DNA of 64,000 bases from Clostridiales bacterium. GTDB taxonomy: Bacteria > Bacillota > Clostridia > Saccharofermentanales > Saccharofermentanaceae. The notes under the pieces were generated by a model, which did no database searches, had not been told where the DNA came from, and saw only the letters and a program-made list of their open reading frames with translations. This document shows positions 1 through 9,766 of this stretch, piece by piece (the stretch's first letter is position 1; every line of letters begins with the position of its first letter). A program made the position numbers and the translations under genes. The stretch is from NCBI GenBank assembly GCA_017513085.1, contig JAFWDK010000022.1:68919-132918 (forward strand). The letters are read 5' to 3'.

Positions 1-696
1 TCGGATGTCCTTCCGGACGGAAAAGCGGAGATCGTGACGGAACTTCAGAAGCAGGGCAGTGTCATCATGGTCGGAGACGGCATTAATGATGCGCCGGCGC
101 TGACGACGGCCGATGTCGGGATCGCCATCGGAGCCGGCACGGATGTCGCCATAGAGAGTGCGGACATTGTACTCATGAACAGTTCTTTGACCGATGTTCC
201 GGCCGCGATACGCCTTAGCAGAAAGACTCTCCGAAACATCCATGAGAACCTTTTCTGGGCTTTTTTCTACAATCTGATCTGCATACCGGTTGCTGCCGGT
301 ATCCTGTCCTGGAAGATGAATCCGATGCTGGGCGCCGCCGCCATGAGTATCTCCAGTTTTACAGTCTGCATGAATGCGCTCAGGCTCAATCTCTTTAAGA
401 TGCGGGATCCATCCCGCGACAAGCCTCTTCACAGGGGAACCCTGAAACAGATAACGATCCCGAAAAGGAAGAAAGGAAGTGTAACCATGAAAAAAACATT
501 GAAGATCGAAGGCATGATGTGTGAGCATTGTGAGGCTTCCGTGAAAAAAGCACTGGAGGCTCTGCCTTTTATCACCAGCGCGATTCCGAACCATTCTGAG
601 AACATCGCGACAGTAGAGGTCGAGGGTGATTTTGATGAGGAAAAAGTCCGCGAAGTGATCGAGGGAAAAGACTATAAGTACCTGGGCGCGGAGTGA
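1..696 (+). CDS. copA: Heavy-metal (Cu-type) P1B ATPase, 5'-truncated by the window edge, with C-terminal HMA domain
   Basis: Frame is open from base 1. Hinge motif [28 protein letters not shown] motifs NLFWAFFYN and AAAMSISS typical of Cu+ ATPases, C-terminal GMMCEHC HMA motif. Confidence 0.88.
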   Translation, partial: SDVLPDGKAEIVTELQKQGSVIMVGDGINDAPALTTADVGIAIGAGTDVAIESADIVLMNSSLTDVPAAIRLSRKTLRNIHENLFWAFFYNLICIPVAAGILSWKMNPMLGAAAMSISSFTVCMNALRLNLFKMRDPSRDKPLHRGTLKQITIPKRKKGSVTMKKTLKIEGMMCEHCEASVKKALEALPFITSAIPNHSENIATVEVEGDFDEEKVREVIEGKDYKYLGAE

Positions 697-713
697 GCGG
701 AAAAGCCGATCTT

Positions 714-751
714 CAGCACAGAGGATGAGTGGATCCTCTGTGCTGTTTTTT
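714..751 (+). terminator. Rho-independent terminator
   Basis: 13-bp perfect stem cagcacagaggat/atcctctgtgctg followed by T6. Confidence 0.9.
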
Positions 752-868
752 GTAGCCGAAACTTAATAATACGTCATAAAAGGCGGTGCTTTTTGTGATA
801 GAATCAAATTATCGATAAATATGTCTCCGATGGGGTGAATCTCGGACGAGGGTAAGGAAGGTGATTTT

Positions 869-1468
869 ATGGATCTTGTAAAAATGCTTCTCAGCAATAT
901 GACTTCGGAGTCTTCGCTTTCTGCGTTGACAGGAAAGACCGGCGGTTCGGCAGATCAGGTCGAGAGTGCCATTACTTCGGCGATTCCGTCTTTGATCGGT
1001 TCGATGACAAAGAATGCTTCCTCGTCGGATGGTGCAAAATCACTGTTGGGTGCTCTGTCTCAGCATAAAGATACGAATTCGATCTCTTCTCAGATCGAGA
1101 ATGCCGACGAAGAGGACGGCGGCAAGATCATCGGCAAGATCATGGGTGGCGATAAGGACGATTTCATTTCCAAGATCGCTTCTAAGTCCGGCCTGAACCT
1201 GGGTCAGACAAATTCTGTATTGAGCTCTATCGCTCCGGCGATCCTCAGCTTTATTTCCGATATGGCGAAGCCGGATACGCCTGAATCCCAGGCGAAAGAA
1301 GCGGCAGAGAGAGCGGAGAAGGCAGCGAGCGATGATTCTTCTTTCCTCGGCGGTTTTTTCAAGAGCTTCTTGAAGAGCGGTGACGATAAAGAAGACGATG
1401 GCAAGTCCGATTCTGATTCAGGATTTGACGGCGGCGATCTTCTTGGCATGCTGAAGAAGTTTATGTAA
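869..1468 (+). CDS. DUF937 (YidB-like) domain protein
   Basis: Gly/Ser-rich helical pattern (AIPSLIGSMTKNA..GAKSLLGALSQH; DGGKIIGKIMG; SGLNLGQTNSVLSSIAPAIL); RBS aaggaaggtg upstream. Confidence 0.7.
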   Translation: MDLVKMLLSNMTSESSLSALTGKTGGSADQVESAITSAIPSLIGSMTKNASSSDGAKSLLGALSQHKDTNSISSQIENADEEDGGKIIGKIMGGDKDDFISKIASKSGLNLGQTNSVLSSIAPAILSFISDMAKPDTPESQAKEAAERAEKAASDDSSFLGGFFKSFLKSGDDKEDDGKSDSDSGFDGGDLLGMLKKFM

Positions 1469-1582
1469 TCTCACATTGTTTTCATTTCTGTCCCGGGATC
1501 GAAGATTCGGTTCCGGGCAGATATATATTATTGCAAAGAGCGTGTTTTCGGGGAACAAAGAAAAATAAGGAAGGTTGATTTT

Positions 1583-3208
1583 ATGAAACTTAGAAGTAAA
1601 TTGACTACTGTTTTTGCAGTTGTCCTTTCTGTTGTGCTGGTACCGATTGCGGCGTCGAAGATACATCTTGAAGATGTATCGGAAGTGTCAGGCGTTCTTT
1701 CTGTCCGTCAGCAGGCTTGTTCCCGCGCTGTCGAGCAGAACCTGGGCCGGGAACCGGAGGCGACAGTCACACCGCCTGTATCTCCTACACCGACACCGGA
1801 AGGAATGCCGATCAACGACAGTAATTTCCCGGACGCCATGTTCCGCGAATATGTTTTCCGGTACGATGCGAACCGGAATGGTTATCTTACAGAAGACGAG
1901 ATCGCAACCATTACGGATATCCTTTGTCCTAAGAAGGGGATCACGAATCTGTCCGGCATCCAGTACTTCTCGAACCTCAGGAATCTTGTCGTAAATGATA
2001 ATGCGATCACTTCTGTGGAGCTTCGATACAATACTAATCTTGAGATCCTTTATATCAACAACAACAACCTCCAGTCTCTGGACATCAGTCACAATCCGAA
2101 ACTGAGGATGCTGGTGTGCTTTAATAATCAGCTTCCCAGTCTTGATGTTTGTCAGAATACCAAACTGGAGAGTCTGGATTGTTCCACAAACAGGATCAAA
2201 TACATTGATGTCAGTAAATGCGCAAACCTTTGTAATTTGAAGGTGGAAGGCAATCAGCTTACCTATCTTGATATTTCCCGCGTGCCTTTGATCAAACAGA
2301 CGTATGAGACCGGTACCCGAAGTGAAGCAAACGGAAAAGTCTATTACCATATGTCGGCAAACAACAAGATCTACATGTTCAATGTGGATGCAAGCGTGCG
2401 CGTCAGTTCCGATGGAACCGGTTCCCCGTTCCCGACCCCGTCTGACCCGACTCCTTCTCCGAACGACCCGTCTTTCGGCGATTTCGTAGAACGTCTCTAC
2501 AAGGTCGCGCTTGGCCGTGATTCTGAACCGGAGGGAAAAGCTTTCTGGATCAATAAAGTAGTTAAAGAAGGTGCGACCGGTGCGGAGTGCGCCCGCTACT
2601 TCCTGCTGACGGCTCCTGAGTTTATGAACCGCAAGCTCCCTAACGAAGAGTTCCTGGAGACTTTGTATCACACGTTCTTTGACCGTGAATCAGATGAGGT
2701 AGGTAAGGCTTTCTGGCTGGATCAGATGACTAAGGGCACACCCAAAAAAGATGTGGTGAATGCTTTTATCGAGTCTGAGGAGTGGTGTGATATCTGCGCA
2801 ACATACGGAGTTAAGTCCGGCGCAGTAGCGCATAAGGCAAAGATCGTTTCCAAGAATGCAAAAGCATTCGCGACCCGTCTTTATACTTGTTGCCTGGGCC
2901 GTGCGCCTGAGGAAGGCGGCTTGCAATACTGGGGCCTGGCATTAACGAATCTGGAAAAATCCGGATTTGCAGCTGCCTACCAGTTCTTCCATTCTGAAGA
3001 ATTCAACAATTACCGTTTCTCGGATGGCGAATACATTCGACGTCTCTATACCACTTTCATGGGCAGAGAACCGGAAGTAAACGGATTTAACTTCTGGCTG
3101 AATGCTCTGGCTAACGGAACTGATCGCGATACCGTACTGGTTGAGTTTGCCAAGTCTACGGAGTTCGGTAATATCTGTCTCACATATGGTATCGACCGAG
3201 GTGTGTAA
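1583..3208 (+). CDS. Secreted LRR surface protein with C-terminal DUF4214-type repeats
   Basis: Signal peptide, NFPD..FR cap, LxxLDxSxNxxL repeats, PT linker, then repeated FVERLY..LGR.....G..FW units. Confidence 0.85.
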   Translation: MKLRSKLTTVFAVVLSVVLVPIAASKIHLEDVSEVSGVLSVRQQACSRAVEQNLGREPEATVTPPVSPTPTPEGMPINDSNFPDAMFREYVFRYDANRNGYLTEDEIATITDILCPKKGITNLSGIQYFSNLRNLVVNDNAITSVELRYNTNLEILYINNNNLQSLDISHNPKLRMLVCFNNQLPSLDVCQNTKLESLDCSTNRIKYIDVSKCANLCNLKVEGNQLTYLDISRVPLIKQTYETGTRSEANGKVYYHMSANNKIYMFNVDASVRVSSDGTGSPFPTPSDPTPSPNDPSFGDFVERLYKVALGRDSEPEGKAFWINKVVKEGATGAECARYFLLTAPEFMNRKLPNEEFLETLYHTFFDRESDEVGKAFWLDQMTKGTPKKDVVNAFIESEEWCDICATYGVKSGAVAHKAKIVSKNAKAFATRLYTCCLGRAPEEGGLQYWGLALTNLEKSGFAAAYQFFHSEEFNNYRFSDGEYIRRLYTTFMGREPEVNGFNFWLNALANGTDRDTVLVEFAKSTEFGNICLTYGIDRGV

Positions 3209-3250
3209 TACGCGGGCAGATCTATAAAGAACACCAGATAGATCAATAAA

Positions 3251-3312
3251 CAGAAAAAGATATACCCTGCCGGTTAAAAGAGGAAGCAATGACAAACCGG
3301 CAGGGTATTCTG
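3251..3312. terminator. Probable bidirectional terminator between convergent genes
   Basis: 14-bp inverted repeat ataccctgccggtt/aaccggcagggtat with an A-tract on the left. Confidence 0.75.
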
Positions 3313-3348
3313 TTGAAGGGTATCGCTTTCGAAAAGTGTCAGATCTGA

Positions 3349-4107
3349 TCACCAGCCCAGATCCATGAGCCAGTTGTTTATTGCGCGCTCGCGGTCACGG
3401 GCGGACAAACCTTCGGGTGTTTTATATTCGCTTCTGATATTGCCGTCAGCGATATAAAGAACACGGGAGCAGCGGGAAGCAACTTTTGCATCGTGAGTAA
3501 CCATCAGGATGGTGGTACCGTCTGCATTCAGTTTTTCGATCTCTTCCATGACTTCTGAAGAAGACTGGCGGTTCAGTGCACCGGTCGGCTCATCGGCGAA
3601 AAGGATCTTCGGGTTATTCACCATGCTTCTGGCGATGCATGCACGCTGGAGCTGACCTCCGGAAACTTCGTTAATATCGTTATCCGCAATCTCAATGATG
3701 CCAAGCTTGCGCATCAACGCCTCGCAGCGGGCGACTTTCTCCTTACGGCTTTCTTCGCTTTTGTCGCACTCGATCGCCGGAAGGAGAATGTTATCCATGA
3801 TCGTCAGATTTTTCATCATGAACATTTGCTGGAAAATGAAGCCCATGTCGTTGAGACGTACGGACGCAAGTTCTTTTTCCGACAGAGTCGAGATATCTTT
3901 TCCATCAAGAATGACTTTCCCGGAAGTGGCCTTATCCATACCGGACACAGCGTAGAGAAGAGTGCTTTTGCCTGAGCCGGACGGGCCCATGATGCCTACC
4001 ATCTCTCCTTCTTCAATGCTGAAGTTGACATTTTTAAGGACATTGTTCTGGCGCTTCTCGATAACATAGGTTTTGCAGAGATCTCTGATTTCCATTAACT
4101 TTTTCAT
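3349..4107 (-). CDS. ABC transporter ATP-binding protein (LolD/MacB-like)
   Basis: Walker A GPSGSGKST, signature VSGGQLQR, Walker B ILFADEPTG, H-loop VTHD. Confidence 0.95.
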   Translation of the reverse strand: MKKLMEIRDLCKTYVIEKRQNNVLKNVNFSIEEGEMVGIMGPSGSGKSTLLYAVSGMDKATSGKVILDGKDISTLSEKELASVRLNDMGFIFQQMFMMKNLTIMDNILLPAIECDKSEESRKEKVARCEALMRKLGIIEIADNDINEVSGGQLQRACIARSMVNNPKILFADEPTGALNRQSSSEVMEEIEKLNADGTTILMVTHDAKVASRCSRVLYIADGNIRSEYKTPEGLSARDRERAINNWLMDLGW

Positions 4108-4144
4108 ATTTTTATTCCTCCGTATTGTTAGCCTTGGTGGCAGA

Positions 4145-6508
4145 TCATTCGATATTTGCGGTGTCGCTGGACTTGATGGTTTTGCTCGAGAGCGAGGTGA
4201 AGAACGCGACGATCAGGGTTGTCAGGATGATGATCCCGGGGTAGATCAGGAAGATCTGAAGCGGGTCGATGGCGTAGTCGATCTTTTGCACGCCCATCAT
4301 GCCGAAGATCGGGCTGATGCACAGCTTCGTCATAGGGATGGAGAGCGCGATGGAAAGAAGCATGGAGAAGAGTGTGACGATGCCGAATCTCAATACATGC
4401 CAGCGGCAGATGGTACTATTCTTAAATCCGATGGCTTTAAGAAGCGCGATCTGGCTCTTCTCGTCGGCGATGAAGGAAACTTCCATCATGATGGTCACCA
4501 GGATCACGATCAGGATCGTGACTGCGAAAAGCAGATACTGTACGGCAACCATGGTAGGTACGACACTAATACAGGATGCGACATACTCTGCGCAATTTTC
4601 TACATTATCGTGTATGAAATTCTGTTTAATGATCTCTTTTCTTTCTTCGATGACTTTACTGTTTGGATGGTCGTCAAAATCGATCTGGAAAGCCATTGTT
4701 GAGGTCATGTATTTCGGATCGACCGGTGCATCCGGATGCAAGCGCAGGATCTCGCCCATCTGGTTAAAGGACTGGTAATATCCGGTAATAATACAGTCGA
4801 TCTTTTCTGTAACGAAATCGATCGTGATGATGTCGCCGATCTTAAGATTCAGCTTATCGCTTAAAATCTTCGTGATCGCCACTTCGTTTCTGTTCTGCGG
4901 ACGGCTTCCTTCGAGAAAAACAAGGTCTTCGAATTTGGTACGGAAGCCATGTTCACAGACCACACGGTTGCTTTTGCCATTGAATTCTATGCTGTAAGTG
5001 AACTGTCCTTCCTGAGAGAAGTGTCCGGGAATACCGAGTTCGGCGAGCTTCTTGTCTTTCTCGTCAAAGTAGTTTTCCATGTATTCCTTATCATTTCCCA
5101 TGAGCTTCATTGATTCGGAAACACTATCTATATAGAGATCACTTCTGGTGCCAAAAGAACCGATCAGGTTTTCGCTTTGCATGGTGTTGGTGGTGTTGAC
5201 CAGCATCAGTACGAAGAGCATGCACAATGTGAATGCAAGGATGATGGAGAAATAGCGCTTCGGACCGCTGACGGTATCGTTGATGGATAGAAAAGAACTT
5301 ACGCTGCATCTCTTTGTGCGGTTCAGGTGAAGCTTGCTCTTCTTATGATAGCGCTCACCGCTTTGACCTGCGCGAATGGCATCAACCGGTGTTGCTTTCT
5401 TAACGATCTTAGTTGCCAGGTAAGCAAGCAATACGATGGTGATCACAACGAGCAAAGCACCTATTGCGTTGATCAGGATTCCGAAGTTGTTGCCGAGGAC
5501 CATGTTATCGGTTACCGAGGAAAGCAACAGCTTTGTCAACGGGATGCTGAGGAAGAAGCCCAGAATAGAACCGATGATGGCTAGTCCAAGATATTTTGTC
5601 AGATACAAGGAACGGATCTTTCTGTTATTGATGCCGATGGCTTTCATGACGCCGATCTCTCTGTATTCTTTGGAGATCGTGAAGGAAAGCGAGACTTTCA
5701 AAACCACGAAGGAAAGAATGATCAGGCATATGGAAAGAAGCAGCACGATGAATGCTACGATCATGTCCATGACATAACACATGGCTATGAGGGAGGCGGG
5801 TTTGGCAAGGGAAAAATTGCAATCGGAGATCGCTTCTGTAACTGCATCAGTATCGGTGGTGTCGAGACAGCAGATCTGACCGGAATACATTGTGGCGATT
5901 TCTTCATTAGTGGCAAGCTTCTCATAGTCTTCCGTGTGCATCAGGATACGGGTATTGCCCATAAAATCAGATCCCAGAAGGGCGTCCTTGACTTTTCCGT
6001 CTATGATGAGCCTCAAAGAAATACCGCTCTGACCGATTTCGATGATGTCGCCCGGCTTGAGATTATTTTTGCTCATAAAGCTACCGGTTACATAACAGTG
6101 CCCAGGTTCCAGTGCTTTTGGCGTCTCATTATTCTTATCGAAAAAGTGGAAGGTTGTCTTTGAATAATCCTGCATGATCAGCACGTTCCGTGTATCGATA
6201 CTGCTTCCGTCGACTGCTTTCAAGGAATCCTGTGAAGCATAGATCACTGTATCCATACGATACGAGGTGATAGACGGTTCCGTGGCAAGAATATCATCCA
6301 GCGCGCCAACTGAATCCTTACCCATTGTGATAATGATGAAGTCTCCGACTCCGGCTTTCTCCAGATAATAGCCGGTCCCGTTCATGATCGTGATTACGTT
6401 ATTCAGGCCTGCGCCCACGAACATGGCTGCCAGAGTGATAAAGAGCAGTACGATCAGGTTCATGGTCTTTTTCTTTTTCAGTTCCTTTTTTAATATACGT
6501 AGAAACAT
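4145..6508 (-). CDS. ABC transporter permease, FtsX family (two FtsX domains)
   Basis: Two motifs EYREIGVMKAIG and EKSQIALLKAIG, multiple TM helices, adjacent ATPase. Confidence 0.92.
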   Translation of the reverse strand: MFLRILKKELKKKKTMNLIVLLFITLAAMFVGAGLNNVITIMNGTGYYLEKAGVGDFIIITMGKDSVGALDDILATEPSITSYRMDTVIYASQDSLKAVDGSSIDTRNVLIMQDYSKTTFHFFDKNNETPKALEPGHCYVTGSFMSKNNLKPGDIIEIGQSGISLRLIIDGKVKDALLGSDFMGNTRILMHTEDYEKLATNEEIATMYSGQICCLDTTDTDAVTEAISDCNFSLAKPASLIAMCYVMDMIVAFIVLLLSICLIILSFVVLKVSLSFTISKEYREIGVMKAIGINNRKIRSLYLTKYLGLAIIGSILGFFLSIPLTKLLLSSVTDNMVLGNNFGILINAIGALLVVITIVLLAYLATKIVKKATPVDAIRAGQSGERYHKKSKLHLNRTKRCSVSSFLSINDTVSGPKRYFSIILAFTLCMLFVLMLVNTTNTMQSENLIGSFGTRSDLYIDSVSESMKLMGNDKEYMENYFDEKDKKLAELGIPGHFSQEGQFTYSIEFNGKSNRVVCEHGFRTKFEDLVFLEGSRPQNRNEVAITKILSDKLNLKIGDIITIDFVTEKIDCIITGYYQSFNQMGEILRLHPDAPVDPKYMTSTMAFQIDFDDHPNSKVIEERKEIIKQNFIHDNVENCAEYVASCISVVPTMVAVQYLLFAVTILIVILVTIMMEVSFIADEKSQIALLKAIGFKNSTICRWHVLRFGIVTLFSMLLSIALSIPMTKLCISPIFGMMGVQKIDYAIDPLQIFLIYPGIIILTTLIVAFFTSLSSKTIKSSDTANIE

Positions 6509-6617
6509 CTTTCATCCACCTTATTGTGTTTTTTTGCTCCATGATCGGCCCTTTGTTCCCGTGATGGTTTGTTTGCGTTGGCTATTATGAACGCAGGGCC
6601 TCTCATGTTGTGGCTCT

Positions 6618-6651
6618 ATCATACTGCTTGAAATATTAAACAATCATTAAA
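6618..6651 (-). promoter_or_regulatory. Promoter -10 (TATGAT) with TTTAAT-N5-TTTAAT direct repeat, a putative OmpR-family binding site
   Basis: attaaa at 6635-6640 and 6646-6651 (11-bp period), 11 nt upstream of TATGAT on the minus strand. Confidence 0.55.
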
Positions 6652-6708
6652 TGGTTTTTGGTATGAACGAAGGCCGGTGAGTGACCACGAAAAAAGTTTT
6701 GAAAAAAA

Positions 6709-6737
6709 TGCAACGTTTTACATACTTCATTCGTCTA
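6709..6737 (+). promoter_or_regulatory. ECF-sigma-type promoter TGCAAC-N17-CGTCTA
   Basis: Matches the AAC...CGT consensus of Firmicute SigW/SigV/SigM-type promoters, preceded by an A-tract. Confidence 0.6.
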
Positions 6738-6825
6738 ATAATCAGATGAGACAATTCGATCGGCCGAAAAGAGAAAAATCGCGCGGGAAATCGGCCGGAA
6801 TCGAAATCAAGGAGGAAGATAGAAT

Positions 6826-8187
6826 ATGAAAAAGAAATTAGTATCAAGTATATTGGCTGCTTTCATGATCACGGCCATGCTATCTGGCTGTTCATCAAAA
6901 GCCGCAGATACCACAAGAGCTAACAAGTCCGTCAGTATGGCAAATGCAGTAGCCGGAGACAGATCATATCTTGCAGAACAGACAACATTTGCTGCCGATA
7001 AGGAATATTTTTACGAAGAGGAAAATGCGGACGACATTGATTTTGCCTACGAAACCACAGCAGCAATGCCTGCCGGCAATACGCCGACAGAATCGGATAG
7101 CTCTGCACCGGTGTCCGAAACGGCCGGAAACGCAGATACCAAAGTGGATATTTCGAAAGAAATGCTGGTATATCGTTGCAGCATGGCAATGGATACGACC
7201 GACTTTGAAAAAGCTCTTTCTCTATTGAAGGCAAAGATCAGCGAATACCACGGATTTATTGAAAAAGAAAACCAGACGGACGGAAGCTTTTCAAGTGGCC
7301 GGTATCTGATTGAAGAAGATGAGAAAGATTATTACTACTATGCCACGATCCGTATTCCTTCCGCGTATTACGAATCTTTTGTTTCTTCAACAGAAGGCAT
7401 CGGTATCCTTCGTTCGAAAAACTCCAGCGTGGACAACGTGTCCACCCGTTACGGTACGTTGAAGAATGAACTGGAGATCTACGAAGCGGAGTATCAGCGC
7501 TACCTGAAGCAGTATGAAGAGACCCAAGATGAGAAGATTGCCTTGCAGGTCCAGAGTGAACTGCGGAGAATGGCACTGACGATCTCTGACCTCAAGACGG
7601 AGATGAGCATGCTCGAGAGCGATGTTGCCTATTCCTATGTTTCTGTGACGATCCATAAAGTGACGCAGAGACAATTGGATGAGGAGAAAAAGAGAAAAGA
7701 AGAAGAGCAGAAGAGACTCGAAGAAGAACAAAAGAGACTCGAAGAAGAACAAAAGAAGAAAGAAGAAGAGGAGAAATTCAGCAACCGTGTTTCCAATGCG
7801 GCGAAAGAATCCTGGGAAGAATTCCTGGCATTTATGGAAGGTATCCTGCTTTTCTTCATCCTCAACTGGTGGACGCTTCTGATCCTGTTGATCGTTGCGG
7901 CAGTAATCTTCTTTATCATCCGTCATCAAGTGAAAAAGGCAAAGAAAAAAGCAGCTGTCCGTAATGAAGAGCAGCAGAAAAGACAGGAAGCATATCTGGC
8001 GGCGAAGTACGGATCGGCCGTAAATCCGGGAAAAACTGAAAACGCAAATGGCGAGAAGCCGGACGCGATCAAGACTCCTGAGAAAGTAAAAGCCTCTGTT
8101 TCGGAAGCACATAATGCCGACGGGAAAGCAGTTGAAAAGGCAGAAGAGAAGAAAGCCGATGACAAGAACGAGGAACAGAAGAAATAA
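6826..8187 (+). CDS. DUF4349 domain lipoprotein with coiled coil and C-terminal TM helix
   Basis: Lipobox LSGC; ATIRIPS...DNVSTRY...LESDVAYSYVSVTI pattern; TM near the C-terminus. Confidence 0.8.
   Translation: MKKKLVSSILAAFMITAMLSGCSSKAADTTRANKSVSMANAVAGDRSYLAEQTTFAADKEYFYEEENADDIDFAYETTAAMPAGNTPTESDSSAPVSETAGNADTKVDISKEMLVYRCSMAMDTTDFEKALSLLKAKISEYHGFIEKENQTDGSFSSGRYLIEEDEKDYYYYATIRIPSAYYESFVSSTEGIGILRSKNSSVDNVSTRYGTLKNELEIYEAEYQRYLKQYEETQDEKIALQVQSELRRMALTISDLKTEMSMLESDVAYSYVSVTIHKVTQRQLDEEKKRKEEEQKRLEEEQKRLEEEQKKKEEEEKFSNRVSNAAKESWEEFLAFMEGILLFFILNWWTLLILLIVAAVIFFIIRHQVKKAKKKAAVRNEEQQKRQEAYLAAKYGSAVNPGKTENANGEKPDAIKTPEKVKASVSEAHNADGKAVEKAEEKKADDKNEEQKK
7699..7761 (+). repeat. 21-bp tandem repeat (3 imperfect copies) encoding EEEQKRL heptads
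   Basis: gaagaagagcagaagagactc / gaagaagaacaaaagagactc / gaagaagaacaaaagaagaaa. Confidence 0.85.
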
Positions 8188-8336
8188 GCATCTTTCCGAC
8201 GGGAAGGAATTCCCGTAAATCATAGAATGCAGCTTCCAACGAGGGAGGCGATTCCAAAGAAGTACTACCCTCCTCTGGCAAAAAAGCAGAAAAAGAAACG
8301 AAAAAGAAACTGAAAAACTTCTTTGGAAGCATGAAG

Positions 8337-8395
8337 AACACCGGAACACCTGACCACAATCACCCAATGTGGCCGAAAGGGTTCCGGTGTTTTTT
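8337..8395 (+). terminator. Terminator-like hairpin between convergent genes
   Basis: aacaccggaac/gttccggtgtt outer stem followed by a T-run. Confidence 0.7.
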
Positions 8396-8404
8396 ATGTA
8401 GAGA

Positions 8405-9766
8405 TCATGCTTTTTTCACAACGACGGTAACTGCGAAAGTCTGGTCATTTTCCCGGTTTTTATTCTCCACCCCGATCTTGGCAAAGATGTCTCCGTTCAT
8501 CATGCGCATAAGGCTTCGGGCGATGTAAAGACCCAGACCGGAACCGTTGACCTTGTCGGCATTGCTTCCACGATAGAAGGACTCGAACAGGTGAGGCACT
8601 TCATCTTCCTGGATAGAGCATCCGCTGTTGGTTACCGTGATCAGACGGCAGTCTTCTTCGTCCGAAAAAGAAATCTTGACCCAGCGTCCATCACCATATT
8701 TGATCGCGTTTTCCAAAATGTTCTGCAGCACCTCCTCCAGGCGGGCCGAATCTCCGAAAAGAAGAACATCCGAGTATTCTTCCATGGAAAATGAAGTGTG
8801 CAGAGAAGAGAATTTTTCACGATATAACACATCAATGCGCGACATAACTTCATCCAGATAGAACTCATTGATCACTACTTCCAGATTCAGAAAATCTTCT
8901 TTGGAAGCTGTGACGATATCCGCTACATACTTTTCGATCTGTGATGCATTGTGGGCAATGCCGGAAACAGCTTCGCGGCGCTTCTCCTCAGTGTCGTAGA
9001 GGTTCTCATCCAGCGCTCGCGCATAAAGCTTGATGGCGGAAAGCGGAGTCTTTATGTCGTGTGACAGAGAAAGGATCAATGTCTTCTTGTCCTTTTGCAA
9101 AGCGAGCTCGCGCTCTTTGTTGGATTCAAGATTATCACGGAGCATGTTGATCCCCCACAGGAATTTACCGAAAAATTTATTCTGATCTGCCTTGACCGGC
9201 ACGCTCAGATTTCCACGGGCCAGCTCGATGGAAAGATTGCTCATCTTGTGGAAGGGGCGCAGGACCTTCTGATTCACATAGATCAGGATGATCACAGTAA
9301 ATATGAAGCAGGAGAGCATACCCAGATCCATGTAAAGAAGCGGGCGGATATCCGGTTTGATCTCATATTCAAAACAGATGATCTTTCCGAGAACTTCCCG
9401 CACCTCGTAATTGTTATTGATCACTTCATTGGCCTGGAACAAGGATACGCGGATCAGAGATGGGTATTTTTTTATATCAAAATTCCCGGTTGACGAGATA
9501 TGAGAAGTAAAGGACTGCTCCTCGTCACGACGGTAATCGAAAATGAAATCGCCGCTATCCTTGTATTGATCTGCAAGTTCGATCGCTGCACGGGAAATAT
9601 CGACACGATACTGCCGGTTGGCGTCCTGACGAAGGCTTCCAAGGACCAGGAAATTGCAAACGCCGAAAAAAAACAGTTCCATCACCACGATCACGATGGC
9701 GATGCCCCGGAATTTTCTCAAGCCGGAGCTTTGTTTATAATTCTCGGCTTGATGTCGTTTACTCAT
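8405..9766 (-). CDS. Membrane sensor histidine kinase (HAMP-HisKA-HATPase)
   Basis: H-box LSHDIKTPL, N-box NILENAIKY, G-box GSGLGLYI, two TMs. Start placed at ATG 9766 overlapping the regulator stop (ATGAGTAA). Confidence 0.93.
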   Translation of the reverse strand: MSKRHQAENYKQSSGLRKFRGIAIVIVVMELFFFGVCNFLVLGSLRQDANRQYRVDISRAAIELADQYKDSGDFIFDYRRDEEQSFTSHISSTGNFDIKKYPSLIRVSLFQANEVINNNYEVREVLGKIICFEYEIKPDIRPLLYMDLGMLSCFIFTVIILIYVNQKVLRPFHKMSNLSIELARGNLSVPVKADQNKFFGKFLWGINMLRDNLESNKERELALQKDKKTLILSLSHDIKTPLSAIKLYARALDENLYDTEEKRREAVSGIAHNASQIEKYVADIVTASKEDFLNLEVVINEFYLDEVMSRIDVLYREKFSSLHTSFSMEEYSDVLLFGDSARLEEVLQNILENAIKYGDGRWVKISFSDEEDCRLITVTNSGCSIQEDEVPHLFESFYRGSNADKVNGSGLGLYIARSLMRMMNGDIFAKIGVENKNRENDQTFAVTVVVKKA

